From: a virus
Lineage: Duplodnaviria; Caudoviricetes
IMG/VR virus record: IMGVR_UViG_3300030106_004085
Location: 1 to 57,212 of that record
DNA: 57,212 bases
Direction: 5' to 3' (one strand)
Shown here: one piece after another, positions 45,472 to 54,978 of the stretch
How positions within the stretch are numbered: position 1 is the first letter of the stretch
Layout of the letters: every line of letters begins with the position of its first letter
Translations under genes and position numbers: made by a program
The notes under the pieces: generated by a model
What the model saw: the letters and a program-made list of their open reading frames with translations, nothing else
Databases searched by the model: none
What the model was told of the DNA's origin: nothing

Positions 45472-46261
45472 ACTAATAATCAACAGAGAGATTCAAGAGC
45501 TTTTGCCTGAGCTAAGTGAGGCAGAGTACAAGCAGCTAGAAGAGAATATCATCAGTGCCGGAGGAGCAAGAGATCCTATTGTTGTGTGGAAGGAAGAGAA
45601 CATCATCATAGACGGTCATCACAGGTACCATATATGTGATATGAATGGCCTATCGTTTAGCACGAAGATGCTGTCGTTCCCTGACAAGGCTTCTGTTTTT
45701 GGGTGGATGGTAAAGAACCAGGAAGGTCGAAGAAACATGACACCCAATGCCATCTCTTACCTGCGAGGAAAGCACCTTAGTGAACTACCAGAAGGTGAAA
45801 GAACGCAAGCTGCTAAGGCGTTAGCTGAGTCAGCCGGCGTTACTGACAGAACGGTGTGGTCTGACAAGGCGTTCGCCGAAGAGGTAGATGAGCTACCAGC
45901 AGACGAAAAGAAAGAAGTGCTTCAGCGTAAGAAGCGTACCAGAGCTGTTGGTGAAAAGAAACCAAAGGCAGAAGAGCTTTGGTATGTACTTGAAGGAAAG
46001 CCATACCGAGCAGCGAAGAGAGAACTTCATAGGATACTCGCTGAGATGGAGACTATCTCCGAGGATCCTGTACGAGGCAAGATAATTGCAACTAAGTTTA
46101 CTCGTATTAAACACAACCTTGATGAAGCGATTGATGCTATTAGCCAGTGTGAACCTGTAGAGGAGTGTAACGGATGCACAATAGAAACAGCAGCGGGATG
46201 CAACAAATGTTTTGGGACAGGGTTTCTAAGCCGCGCAGCCAAGGAAAGCAGGGATCGTTAA
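45464..46261 (+). CDS. ParB/Srx-domain protein with HTH and C-terminal zinc finger
   Basis: LPELSEAEYKQLEENI...DPIVVW...IIDGHHRY...NQEGRRN, HTH AKALAESAGVTDRTV, and CNGC...CNKCFGTG. Confidence 0.88.
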   Translation: MSELIINREIQELLPELSEAEYKQLEENIISAGGARDPIVVWKEENIIIDGHHRYHICDMNGLSFSTKMLSFPDKASVFGWMVKNQEGRRNMTPNAISYLRGKHLSELPEGERTQAAKALAESAGVTDRTVWSDKAFAEEVDELPADEKKEVLQRKKRTRAVGEKKPKAEELWYVLEGKPYRAAKRELHRILAEMETISEDPVRGKIIATKFTRIKHNLDEAIDAISQCEPVEECNGCTIETAAGCNKCFGTGFLSRAAKESRDR

Positions 46262-47826
46262 GTTATTTTAAGGAGAGAAATTACCAAGCTCAGGCAAGAG
46301 AGGCTGTCGAAGAAGCATTCAAATCATACGACTCTGTTGTCATAGAGCTTGCAACTGGACTGGGTAAGACTGAAGTCTTTACACAGATAATGAAGACCTG
46401 GACAGCGGGGCGATGCTTAGTCATCGCCCCGTACATTGAACTAATATCTCAAGCAGCGAAGAAGATCTATGCAAGAACAGGTGTACAACCTGGCATTGAG
46501 CAAGGCCCCAACTGGTCTGTCGAAACTCCATGGGGTAGAAGCAAGTATGTCGTGGCTTCTAAGGATACACTTATTTCTAGAGATCCACCTCGTTACGAAC
46601 GGCTGCGAGATATTGGGCTGGTTGTGGTGGATGAGGCCCACTTATCTATTACAAGCAGATGGAAAGACTTACTTGATTACTATCGAAAAGATGGAGCCAA
46701 AGTTCTTGGCGTTACAGCCACAGCAAAGCGACATGATAGAAGAGCAATGCTTAACAACTATGAGTATTGTGCATTCCAATACGGTATTAACCAAGCCATT
46801 GATGAAGGCTGGCTAGTACCAGCAAAGAGCTGTTGTGTACAGCTTAAGTCCCTGGACTTAAAGGATGTATCCACTACGAACACAGTGTTTGGTGCAGACT
46901 TCAATCAAAAAGAACTAAACAAACTATTAGAAGACTACGAAACAGTAGCGGAGATAGCAGATGTTACCGCAAGAGAAACACGAGGAGAGAAGACCGTTGT
47001 TTACTGCTCCTCAGTCGAAGAGGCAAAGCTCGTCGGACAGCGACTCAATGACAACTACGGAATCAAAGCCGACTGGATTGCTTCAGACCCCAAACGATGC
47101 ACCCCACAGCATAGACGAGAGGTTATGCGATCTTTTCAAGAAGACACTGAGGGTATTACTCATGTCTGCAATGTGGGTATCCTTACTACTGGGTGGGATT
47201 TTCCTGACCTTCGAAACATTGTCATGGCTAGACCCACCAAAAGCCGTGCCTTATACACTCAAATTTTTGGGCGTGGTACTAGGCCTCTCAGTGGCGTGGT
47301 TGATTTCGATAATAGCAATGCTGACACTCGGAAGGAATCTATAGAGTTTAGCGACAAGCCTCACTTCAGAATGATAGACCTGGTTGATGCCAGCCTTGCA
47401 CACAAGATAGTTACGTCAGTAGATGTAATGGGAGGTGAGCTGGGATTTGATGTACTTGCCCGAGCAAAGGACAAGATGATCGAAAAGGAAAAGGCTATGG
47501 ATCTTGATGATGTGCTGCTTGATGCACAGAAAGAAGTCCGTGAGCAAAGAGAAGCTGAAGAGCGAGAGAGAAGAAGGAACATTAAAGCACGAGCTGACTA
47601 CAACAAGTTCGATGTTGATCCTACAAAAGGTGGAGGCAGTGGAGTACGCACGAAGAAGAAGGAGAGAGGTGCGAGAATGCCATTCGGTAGATTTAAAGGA
47701 AAATTAGTACGGGACTTAGAAACGTGGTACATAAAGGGAGCCATCTGGCAGGACAGACCTAAGATAAGCAAAGGCTGGTTAAGGGATTCAATGATACGTG
47801 AGCTAAACAAGAGGCTTGGATTATGA
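46174..47826 (+). CDS. Superfamily 2 DEAH helicase with C-terminal MPFGK-type (DUF3820-like) domain; start uncertain (46174/46198/46207)
   Basis: RNYQ, LATGLGKT, VVDEAH, TAT, TGWDFP and QIFGRGTR motifs; C-terminal RMPFGRFKGKLVRDL. Confidence 0.92.
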   Translation: MHNRNSSGMQQMFWDRVSKPRSQGKQGSLSYFKERNYQAQAREAVEEAFKSYDSVVIELATGLGKTEVFTQIMKTWTAGRCLVIAPYIELISQAAKKIYARTGVQPGIEQGPNWSVETPWGRSKYVVASKDTLISRDPPRYERLRDIGLVVVDEAHLSITSRWKDLLDYYRKDGAKVLGVTATAKRHDRRAMLNNYEYCAFQYGINQAIDEGWLVPAKSCCVQLKSLDLKDVSTTNTVFGADFNQKELNKLLEDYETVAEIADVTARETRGEKTVVYCSSVEEAKLVGQRLNDNYGIKADWIASDPKRCTPQHRREVMRSFQEDTEGITHVCNVGILTTGWDFPDLRNIVMARPTKSRALYTQIFGRGTRPLSGVVDFDNSNADTRKESIEFSDKPHFRMIDLVDASLAHKIVTSVDVMGGELGFDVLARAKDKMIEKEKAMDLDDVLLDAQKEVREQREAEERERRRNIKARADYNKFDVDPTKGGGSGVRTKKKERGARMPFGRFKGKLVRDLETWYIKGAIWQDRPKISKGWLRDSMIRELNKRLGL

Positions 47827-48212
47827 AGCTGACACGCAAAGAGATACTAGAACTAATGGATGAAAGAAGGGAATGGGCAGAGAAGCACCATCACTGCTGG
47901 ATATGTAATGCCACCAGTCACGCAGGGTTCCCCCTGGAAACACACGAGATAGAGAAGAGAAGCCAAGCACCACACCACAAGTGGGCATCCCTGGTAAACT
48001 ACTTCCGTGTGTGCAAGAAGTGTCATATGGATGACGTTGAAGACATGACTCATGCTGAACAGTTAGCATACAAGAGAGTTTATGATCCGGAAAACTACGA
48101 TAGAATAGAGTGGATGAAACTAAAAGACCCTGAACTCAAAGCACCAAAGAGAGTAGAAGCATGGGAAGTCAAAGAAGCTCACGAAAAGTTCCAAAAAAGA
48201 GGGTGGAAATAA
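47823..48212 (+). CDS. HNH-like zinc-binding nuclease
   Basis: CWIC...ETHEI...NYFRVCKKCH. Confidence 0.65.
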   Translation: MKLTRKEILELMDERREWAEKHHHCWICNATSHAGFPLETHEIEKRSQAPHHKWASLVNYFRVCKKCHMDDVEDMTHAEQLAYKRVYDPENYDRIEWMKLKDPELKAPKRVEAWEVKEAHEKFQKRGWK

Positions 48213-48574
48213 CCATCCCTTACCCGCCAAGCGTAAACACATACTGGAGAATGGCCAGGGGAAGGATGATTATATCCAAGAGAGGGCGAGAGTACCGAGA
48301 TGCAGTAGATGTTGCAGTAAAGAATCACTTCGATTCAGAAGAAGTAGAAGACCCAAGGCCACTACTAGGTAGGCTCAAGGTAAAGATCAAAGCAATCATG
48401 CCAGACAGGAGGAGAAGGGACATAGATAACATAGCCAAGGCAACACTAGATGCACTAGGATACGCTGGAATATACGGGGATGACGAACAGATAGATGACC
48501 TTCGGATAGTGAGAGGAGAAGTGCTAAAGCCAGGCTGCCTTGATATAGAAATAACAGAGAAGAAGGAGGTATAA
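48161..48574 (+). CDS. rusA: RusA-family Holliday junction resolvase
   Basis: PYPPSVNTYWR and PDRRRRDIDNIAKATLDAL...DDEQIDDL. Confidence 0.93.
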   Translation: MGSQRSSRKVPKKRVEITIPYPPSVNTYWRMARGRMIISKRGREYRDAVDVAVKNHFDSEEVEDPRPLLGRLKVKIKAIMPDRRRRDIDNIAKATLDALGYAGIYGDDEQIDDLRIVRGEVLKPGCLDIEITEKKEV

Positions 48575-48600
48575 TAGGAAAGTACCTTTAGGATTTTTCA

Positions 48601-49260
48601 ATGACAACTACAGTAAATGAAATAATTGTTACCGGAAACGACGATGGCTACATGGACGAAGAGTATTACTACGGCATGTACGATTCTTCTTCGTCCGCCC
48701 TTAATAGAACTCATGCTCGTGTTCGGTTTGGTCAGTCGTCTACTATGGGCGACATCAATATGCACCATAAGATTTTGACGGGCTACTTTAGATTTCAAAC
48801 AGTAGACATACCTCAGGGAGCGAGCATTGTTTCTGCTAAACTGCAGCTTGCTTTCCATAGCACCGGCACTGGAGTTGGGAACACCTTAGACATATATGGG
48901 AATGACGTAGATGATGCCTCAGCCCCGACCACTCTTAGCGATTTCCGAAGCAAAGTTAAGACAACTGAAAAGGTGACTTGGACTCTACCATCAGGAAGTG
49001 CAGGCACTTATTATGACACGCCAGATATTTCAGATGTTGTTCAAGAAATTGTTGACAGGTCAGGCTGGGCTGCGAATAACGACATAATGTTTATTCTTCC
49101 TGCTACCTCGTGGAATAGCTCTACAAACTGGCTTTATCAGTTTAGAAGCTATAACTACGGAGGTTCTTACAAACCTAAATTAGTAATAGAATATTCGACA
49201 GCAACCGCAAGTGCTGTCCCAATGGCACTTAATACATATCAACAAATGAGGAACAACTAG
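48601..49260 (+). CDS. Beta-sandwich (DNRLRE/CBM96-like) accessory virion protein
   Basis: RFQTVDIPQGASIVSAKLQL...PDISDVVQEIVDRSGW...PKLVIEY. Confidence 0.65.
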   Translation: MTTTVNEIIVTGNDDGYMDEEYYYGMYDSSSSALNRTHARVRFGQSSTMGDINMHHKILTGYFRFQTVDIPQGASIVSAKLQLAFHSTGTGVGNTLDIYGNDVDDASAPTTLSDFRSKVKTTEKVTWTLPSGSAGTYYDTPDISDVVQEIVDRSGWAANNDIMFILPATSWNSSTNWLYQFRSYNYGGSYKPKLVIEYSTATASAVPMALNTYQQMRNN

Positions 49261-49261
49261 A

Positions 49262-50737
49262 ATGTTTCTAAAACAATCCACAGCTTACACTTTTCGTTTC
49301 GGCCCATTCTTAGATGACACTGACGGAAAGACTGCGGAGACCGGGCTTAGTATTAGTCAGGCGGATATACGGCTATCAAAGGGTGGTGGCAACTTCGCCC
49401 AGAAAAGTGAAAGTTCTACATCTACACATGATGAGATTGGCTTTTACATTGTTGCGTTAGATGCCACAGACACAAACACATGTGGCGAGTTGCTGATTGC
49501 GTGTCATGAATCAGGAGCATTGCCAGTATTCAAAACATTTTACGTACTAGAAGAAGCTATATACGATGCCATGTTTGCTGCTAGTGCTAGTGCTTTCGAT
49601 GCTAATGCTAGGGTTGATGTGGCTAGCATCGAAGGTTCTGATGCCACCGACCAGATAAACGCTGCATGCGACACTGCTTTGTCAGACTACGATGCTCCTA
49701 CAAAAGCAGAGTTAGATAGTGCGTTCACTGAAATTAAGGGCGGAAGCTGGTCAGCATCTACGGATACGCTTGAAGCTATCCGAGACAGAGGCGATGCTTC
49801 ATGGGTAACAGCAACAGGCTTTAATACAACTACGCCACCAACAGCAGCAGCTATACGCTCAGAAATAGATAGCAATAGCACTCAGCTTGCAGCCATCGTA
49901 GCAGATACGAACGAGCTTCAGGGAGACTGGGCCAATGGCGGTCGCCTTGACTTGCTTTTAGATTCAGCCATATCAAAGATTGATGTCGTCGATGGCATTG
50001 TAGATAACATATTAGTTGATACTGCAGAGATCGGTGCAGCAGGGGCTGGCCTAACAGCGGTACCGTGGAACAGTGCTTGGGATGCGGAAGTTCAAAGCGA
50101 ATGCAATGATGCCTTAGTTGCAATTGGGCTTGATCATATAGTCTCAGCTTCCGTAGCAGGGTCAGATATAGCAGATGATTCTATTGTCGCTAAGCTAGTC
50201 AGCAAAGAATCCACTGCCGACTGGGATGATTTCGATAACACAACAGACAGCTTACAAGCTATACGAGATAGAGGTGATGCTTCATGGACTACCGGTAGCG
50301 GTGGTGGCGGTGGAGGTGGCGGTGCTAGTGCTGCTGATATTGCAGATGCAGTATGGGATGAAGCCGTTAGTGCACATTCCAGTGCAGGTACATTTGGCAA
50401 GTACATAGCAGACATACTTACTGACACTGGAGAGATTGGAGCAGCGGGTGCAGGGCTTACTGCCGTGCCATGGAACTCTGCCTGGGACGCAGAGGTGCAA
50501 AGCGAATGTGCTGACGCATTAACAGCCCACTGGGGAGCCACATTAACAGAGTCTTACGCATCTGATAATGCAGCAGCAACACCTGCTCAGTTACTGCACA
50601 TGATCTATTGTGCCGTAAGTCAATTCAGTATTAGTGGTACTACAATTACTGGCTACAAAATAGATGGAAGTACCACGGCCATGACATGGACTCTTGATGA
50701 CGCAAGCAATCCAGTAGAGAGAAAGAGAGCTACGTAA
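49262..50737 (+). CDS. Ala/Asp-rich fibrous virion protein with internal duplications
   Basis: 491 aa with repeated EIGAAGAGLTAVPWNSAWDAEVQSEC and AIRDRGDASW, and an IADAVWDE motif. Confidence 0.65.
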   Translation: MFLKQSTAYTFRFGPFLDDTDGKTAETGLSISQADIRLSKGGGNFAQKSESSTSTHDEIGFYIVALDATDTNTCGELLIACHESGALPVFKTFYVLEEAIYDAMFAASASAFDANARVDVASIEGSDATDQINAACDTALSDYDAPTKAELDSAFTEIKGGSWSASTDTLEAIRDRGDASWVTATGFNTTTPPTAAAIRSEIDSNSTQLAAIVADTNELQGDWANGGRLDLLLDSAISKIDVVDGIVDNILVDTAEIGAAGAGLTAVPWNSAWDAEVQSECNDALVAIGLDHIVSASVAGSDIADDSIVAKLVSKESTADWDDFDNTTDSLQAIRDRGDASWTTGSGGGGGGGGASAADIADAVWDEAVSAHSSAGTFGKYIADILTDTGEIGAAGAGLTAVPWNSAWDAEVQSECADALTAHWGATLTESYASDNAAATPAQLLHMIYCAVSQFSISGTTITGYKIDGSTTAMTWTLDDASNPVERKRAT

Positions 50738-51054
50738 TGGCAGCAAAGGATTTCATAGGCCCTGGTTTTGTTGGCGATAATAACATTAAGTTTATTGTCA
50801 CTAGAGGGATGGCTGTACTAACGCCAGATCCTTTGTATATCTCTATGACTCATTACTTAAGAGGCATTGAGGGTAATATAATTACTCAAGACGACGAGGG
50901 TGCCATCAAAGTTCAGTTCGGGTACGGTGTACCTGATCCATTTACAAATACAAGCGATACCTTTGTAGCAATGGAAGGCTACGAAAAAATTGGTGGCGAT
51001 TCATTTGTCGTACTAGAAGATCACGCAGGTAATATAAAGATAAAGATTATCTAG
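50737..51054 (+). CDS. Hypothetical protein
   Basis: 105 aa, TAATG coupling. Confidence 0.7.
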   Translation: MAAKDFIGPGFVGDNNIKFIVTRGMAVLTPDPLYISMTHYLRGIEGNIITQDDEGAIKVQFGYGVPDPFTNTSDTFVAMEGYEKIGGDSFVVLEDHAGNIKIKII

Positions 51055-54000
51055 TGCGAGCGTCGCTTCTGATCTTGTTGTTATACTTTAGCATCTCAAG
51101 AAGATTGTATTGGTCGCTTCCAGGGGTAAGGCTATCTAGCGTAACGCCTGCTTCTGGCTGCGGTATATTGAACTGGTAGAACCCAGGTGTAATGTCTACC
51201 ATGTCCAATACTTTCCTATTCATTGTCTGTCGCTTTTGTTTATCAGCGTCATAAATAGTTCTCTGGCCCATGGGCAGTAGCATCATCAAGTTATCGACTG
51301 TCTTGTTGTCAATTATCTTTGGATACCATCCTCCCCATTTCTTTCTGCCAGCTTCGTCCATCTCTTGGTCGAACACATCCTCCTTCTTCAGTGCACGGGC
51401 GTGCCCAGGAACCAATCCAAACACAGGGTGGTTTAGCCAGTGGTTCTTATCTCTTACTTGAAGGTCTGCGTCTTTCCCGATTACAGTTTTACCTCTAGAT
51501 AACTGACGGGGATCTCTGCCGTAGAACAAGTCCTGCCCAAACGCCATCTCTGCTCCAACTTGAGCCACAGGGTTAGCTCTGACTGCTAGGTTTCTAGCTA
51601 AATCTCCAGGGCTAAAGCTTGTAGGTATTAAGTTCATAACATCTTCAAAGGGAGTACCTACGCTGTGTATGTATTTCATCTCCCTGGTGCCATCCTCTTT
51701 GACTTCATCATATAAAGGTACACCTGCACCCTCTCTGATATAATCTGGTGCCCAAGGTTGGAACTCATCATCTCTCTTAAGGCGACCGATGCCACGCATA
51801 GTGTGCATCATTCTACCGCCTGGTTCTGTTACCATTTTCTCAAGAACAAATGGCACCATGTGCCTAGTAAATGTATAGAAGCTAAAGCTCCTACGCATTA
51901 CATTCTTTTCAAAGTCACTGAGATTTGAGTAATCTACTTGTGACTTCTTAACTAAGTCTACCGCTGCCTTTGGGCTATAGCCTTCTTTAACCAGCTTCCA
52001 GAATGGTGCGATTCGGTTATATCCTTCAATCTTACTAGCAGCTTTGTGTCCTGCTGCGTGCAATGCTGAACGGTGACTATCTCCAAATGCCCCCTTACCT
52101 ACCATTGAACCAGGCGAAAACGGGAATACTGGATTGACCATACCCACAATATCCCACAGCGTCATGTCGTATTGACCGTTCGCACTTTTGGAGAATAGTC
52201 CTTTGATGTATTCCATAGATGCTTCAGTGCCTTTAACAGGCTTGTCGGACATCTTAACAAGTTCACCAACCACGTCAGCGTGCTTTTGGTTCAGGATAAC
52301 TTCCATCTGTGGGGATTGCATATCAGGAACCCACAGTCTATTGCTGAATATATGGGCTAGTCCGATGCGAGTCCCTATCTCATCCGTCATACCACCGGCC
52401 TTGGCAATATCCGCTTCGATAGTTCTCCTTAAAGAATCCGGGAATATGGACAAGTCCCAGTTCACCCTTCCTGCACCGGCTACAGCATTGCCCAGCATCG
52501 TATTGTGTGCATCCGCTAAAGAGCGAGCACTCCAAGATTTTGTGATCCAGTTGTTGAACTGACCGCCAAGGAAGTTTCTAGTATGGAAACTAGGGAAGAG
52601 TATAGTAACACCAGCACGCCAAGCATTCTGGAACTTGTCCAATACGGAAATAAACTCAGAGAAGCCATTCACTTTCCCTGGATTTTGCTGTGCCTCAAGA
52701 AGCATACCTGCACTTGAAACCATTTCTTCGGGGACATAGATCATATGTTTAGATCCATGGTCATTAAGGTAACGGATTATCTGCTCATCCGTTAATCTCC
52801 CTCCCCCACTGACATGCCTTAGAGTTTCTGGATTGGCCTCTATAATTTTGCGGGCCATTGCCACTCCTGGCACTTTCCTTGTAAACGTCGTGGCACCGAA
52901 CTGTTCCTCTAGTTCCCTTCTTGTTCCTGAAGGTAGTAAGACAGATTCCTCTCTCGTCATGCCAAGCTGTTCGAGCGCTGCTTTTAAGCTTATATGTTTC
53001 TGCTGCACAGACCTTGGGTCTAACTTAGATACGGCGCTCTCAGCTAAAGACATACCTATCTGTTCGTGTGTAGCAACAACCCGGTGCATCTTCTCAGCAT
53101 AGGCCATGTACGATTCAACTGGGTTAGCAACAAACGCTGGCATCCCTTCTCTTGCATGCCTTGAATCAAGCTTGCCCATGAACTCGATGACTTGATCTAA
53201 GTGACGATCCTTTTCTGCTTGTGTTGTAGGTCTAGTTACCCTTCTGCCATTTTTGTCTATGTCTACGGCTTTCCTCAGCTCTATGTCAGCGATACCATTA
53301 ATCTGTAACGCGAGTGGTTCTTTACCTCCGTAGCTTAACTTGACTCCTTCTTTCCTACCTGACCCTATCTGTATTGCTTTTCGTATGTACTTCCTCAGGA
53401 AGCTCTTTGATTCCCAGGGTCTGCTTCCTCCGTATGCAGTATCTTCCCATACATTTGTTAGCTGATCTAATGTTTCTCGCCCTGTGCCCTGAAGGTTATA
53501 GCCTCCGTGCTTGTGTGCTATCCCACTAAGGAATGGATCCATAGATAATTCCTGGATACCAGCTATACCGTGTGGTATATCCCTGAATAACACACGAGCT
53601 TCCTGGGATTGATGCTCTGTTAAGGCTGTTGCTTTAGGCTTGAACTGTGTAGGTGATCCATCGCCGAATCCCTGGAATAGCATACGGTGTACATAGTTAT
53701 CTCCGATCTCAAGATCGTCAAGCATCTGTACTTCCACACCGGCTTCGCGTGCACGAAGGTACATCTGCTTCATGTCTTTCTTTAGATCAAGAAGGCTGTC
53801 ACCCACGGCCTTTAAGTCCGTTGGCAAGTTGTATGTCTCGTCCTCCATGAACCTGGTTAAGGCGATGTGGTTTCTGGATACTTCTTCCTGAGTTAGTTTT
53901 CGCCCACCACCTAGGTCATGGCCTACTGCAAACCTTTCAGGAATAGCCTCCATATTACGCAGGACATTTTCAGATCGAAGCCTAACCAAACGGTCAGCCT

Positions 54001-54958
54001 CCCTCGCTCCTCGCCATGAATTCCTAGCAAAGGCTTGCGCTTTAGGGTCGAGCATGCCCTGCAGCTCTGGGTTAAACAGGACTCTTAGGTGATTAATCCC
54101 AGGAGTCATCGCTACTGTGTGTTTAAGCTGCCCGGCTGTCTTGGCTATACCTTTGGTCATTTCATTAGTACCAAAGCTACCTATGCTATCACCCCACATA
54201 GACCGGCCAAATAATTTAGGTACAGGATTGGCTGACTGCCTACCAAAAGCATCGCCTATATTCTGATCCAGTAAAGCCTGCAGCTGTGACTGTTTCTTAT
54301 TACCCTGGATAAGACCTGTGTCTATAAGACCTTCAGCTTGAGCTGTATTAATGAAGTTGTCGTTAAAAGATTTAATGAGTGGGTCAGCATCTGCACCCAT
54401 CTTTTTTCGAAGGCTATCTGTGTATGCCTCAATACCTTCACCAACGGTGCTGTCCATCTTTGTGAACTTAGGGAGTAGACCAGTCTCATATGATCGGCCA
54501 GCTTTTATTGCTGCTGCCTCAACCACATCATCAAGTGCCCCCATCTTGTTTAAGACTTTACCGCCTTTTGTAAGTGCACCGACCCCGCCAAAGGTTATTA
54601 AGTTAAGAGGGTCTAATGCCATTTCAGCAGCAAATCCAGCCGCACCTTGAAACATATTGTCTTTGTCGTGAAGACCAAGTACATCTCTACCGGTGGCAAT
54701 GTTCTCGGGATTCGTTAAGCCAAGTTTATCCGAATAAGGAAGCGGGGCAAGAAGCTCCGAAGCTTTGAAGTCATGCTCCGGCCCACCAAACCACGATCTA
54801 ACCTCTGATCCAATCTGACGCAAAGGTCTAGCCGGTTTGTCGAGTATTCCTCCAAGCCATTCTAGCCAACCTTCTTCACCACCAAACTTTTCTTCCTCCT
54901 GTTGCGGAGTGTAGTATGGAGAACTAGAGGCCTTTGGTGTGGTAGGCGATCTGTACAT
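51047..54958 (-). CDS. Large putative internal virion (ejection) protein
   Basis: 1303 aa, last late gene. Segments EMALDPLN, PSFHTRNF and DYSNLSDFEKNVMRRSFSFYTF resemble gp16-type ejection proteins. Confidence 0.7.
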   Translation of the reverse strand: MYRSPTTPKASSSPYYTPQQEEEKFGGEEGWLEWLGGILDKPARPLRQIGSEVRSWFGGPEHDFKASELLAPLPYSDKLGLTNPENIATGRDVLGLHDKDNMFQGAAGFAAEMALDPLNLITFGGVGALTKGGKVLNKMGALDDVVEAAAIKAGRSYETGLLPKFTKMDSTVGEGIEAYTDSLRKKMGADADPLIKSFNDNFINTAQAEGLIDTGLIQGNKKQSQLQALLDQNIGDAFGRQSANPVPKLFGRSMWGDSIGSFGTNEMTKGIAKTAGQLKHTVAMTPGINHLRVLFNPELQGMLDPKAQAFARNSWRGAREADRLVRLRSENVLRNMEAIPERFAVGHDLGGGRKLTQEEVSRNHIALTRFMEDETYNLPTDLKAVGDSLLDLKKDMKQMYLRAREAGVEVQMLDDLEIGDNYVHRMLFQGFGDGSPTQFKPKATALTEHQSQEARVLFRDIPHGIAGIQELSMDPFLSGIAHKHGGYNLQGTGRETLDQLTNVWEDTAYGGSRPWESKSFLRKYIRKAIQIGSGRKEGVKLSYGGKEPLALQINGIADIELRKAVDIDKNGRRVTRPTTQAEKDRHLDQVIEFMGKLDSRHAREGMPAFVANPVESYMAYAEKMHRVVATHEQIGMSLAESAVSKLDPRSVQQKHISLKAALEQLGMTREESVLLPSGTRRELEEQFGATTFTRKVPGVAMARKIIEANPETLRHVSGGGRLTDEQIIRYLNDHGSKHMIYVPEEMVSSAGMLLEAQQNPGKVNGFSEFISVLDKFQNAWRAGVTILFPSFHTRNFLGGQFNNWITKSWSARSLADAHNTMLGNAVAGAGRVNWDLSIFPDSLRRTIEADIAKAGGMTDEIGTRIGLAHIFSNRLWVPDMQSPQMEVILNQKHADVVGELVKMSDKPVKGTEASMEYIKGLFSKSANGQYDMTLWDIVGMVNPVFPFSPGSMVGKGAFGDSHRSALHAAGHKAASKIEGYNRIAPFWKLVKEGYSPKAAVDLVKKSQVDYSNLSDFEKNVMRRSFSFYTFTRHMVPFVLEKMVTEPGGRMMHTMRGIGRLKRDDEFQPWAPDYIREGAGVPLYDEVKEDGTREMKYIHSVGTPFEDVMNLIPTSFSPGDLARNLAVRANPVAQVGAEMAFGQDLFYGRDPRQLSRGKTVIGKDADLQVRDKNHWLNHPVFGLVPGHARALKKEDVFDQEMDEAGRKKWGGWYPKIIDNKTVDNLMMLLPMGQRTIYDADKQKRQTMNRKVLDMVDITPGFYQFNIPQPEAGVTLDSLTPGSDQYNLLEMLKYNNKIRSDARTR

Positions 54959-54978
54959 GCTATTGCCTCAATTAATCG

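Noticed and set aside
46174-46261. Programmed frameshift fusing ParB to the helicase
   Set aside because: The overlap is explained by in-frame ATGs at 46174, 46198 or 46207, and no slippery heptamer is evident.
49775-50509. Diversity-generating retroelement TR/VR pair
   Set aside because: Differences are synonymous and not adenine-specific, and no reverse transcriptase is present.
53926-53940. ctgcaaacctttcag as another site
   Set aside because: One mismatch, but the spacer and flanks are atypical and it does not encode ET[VI]S, so it is left unassigned.
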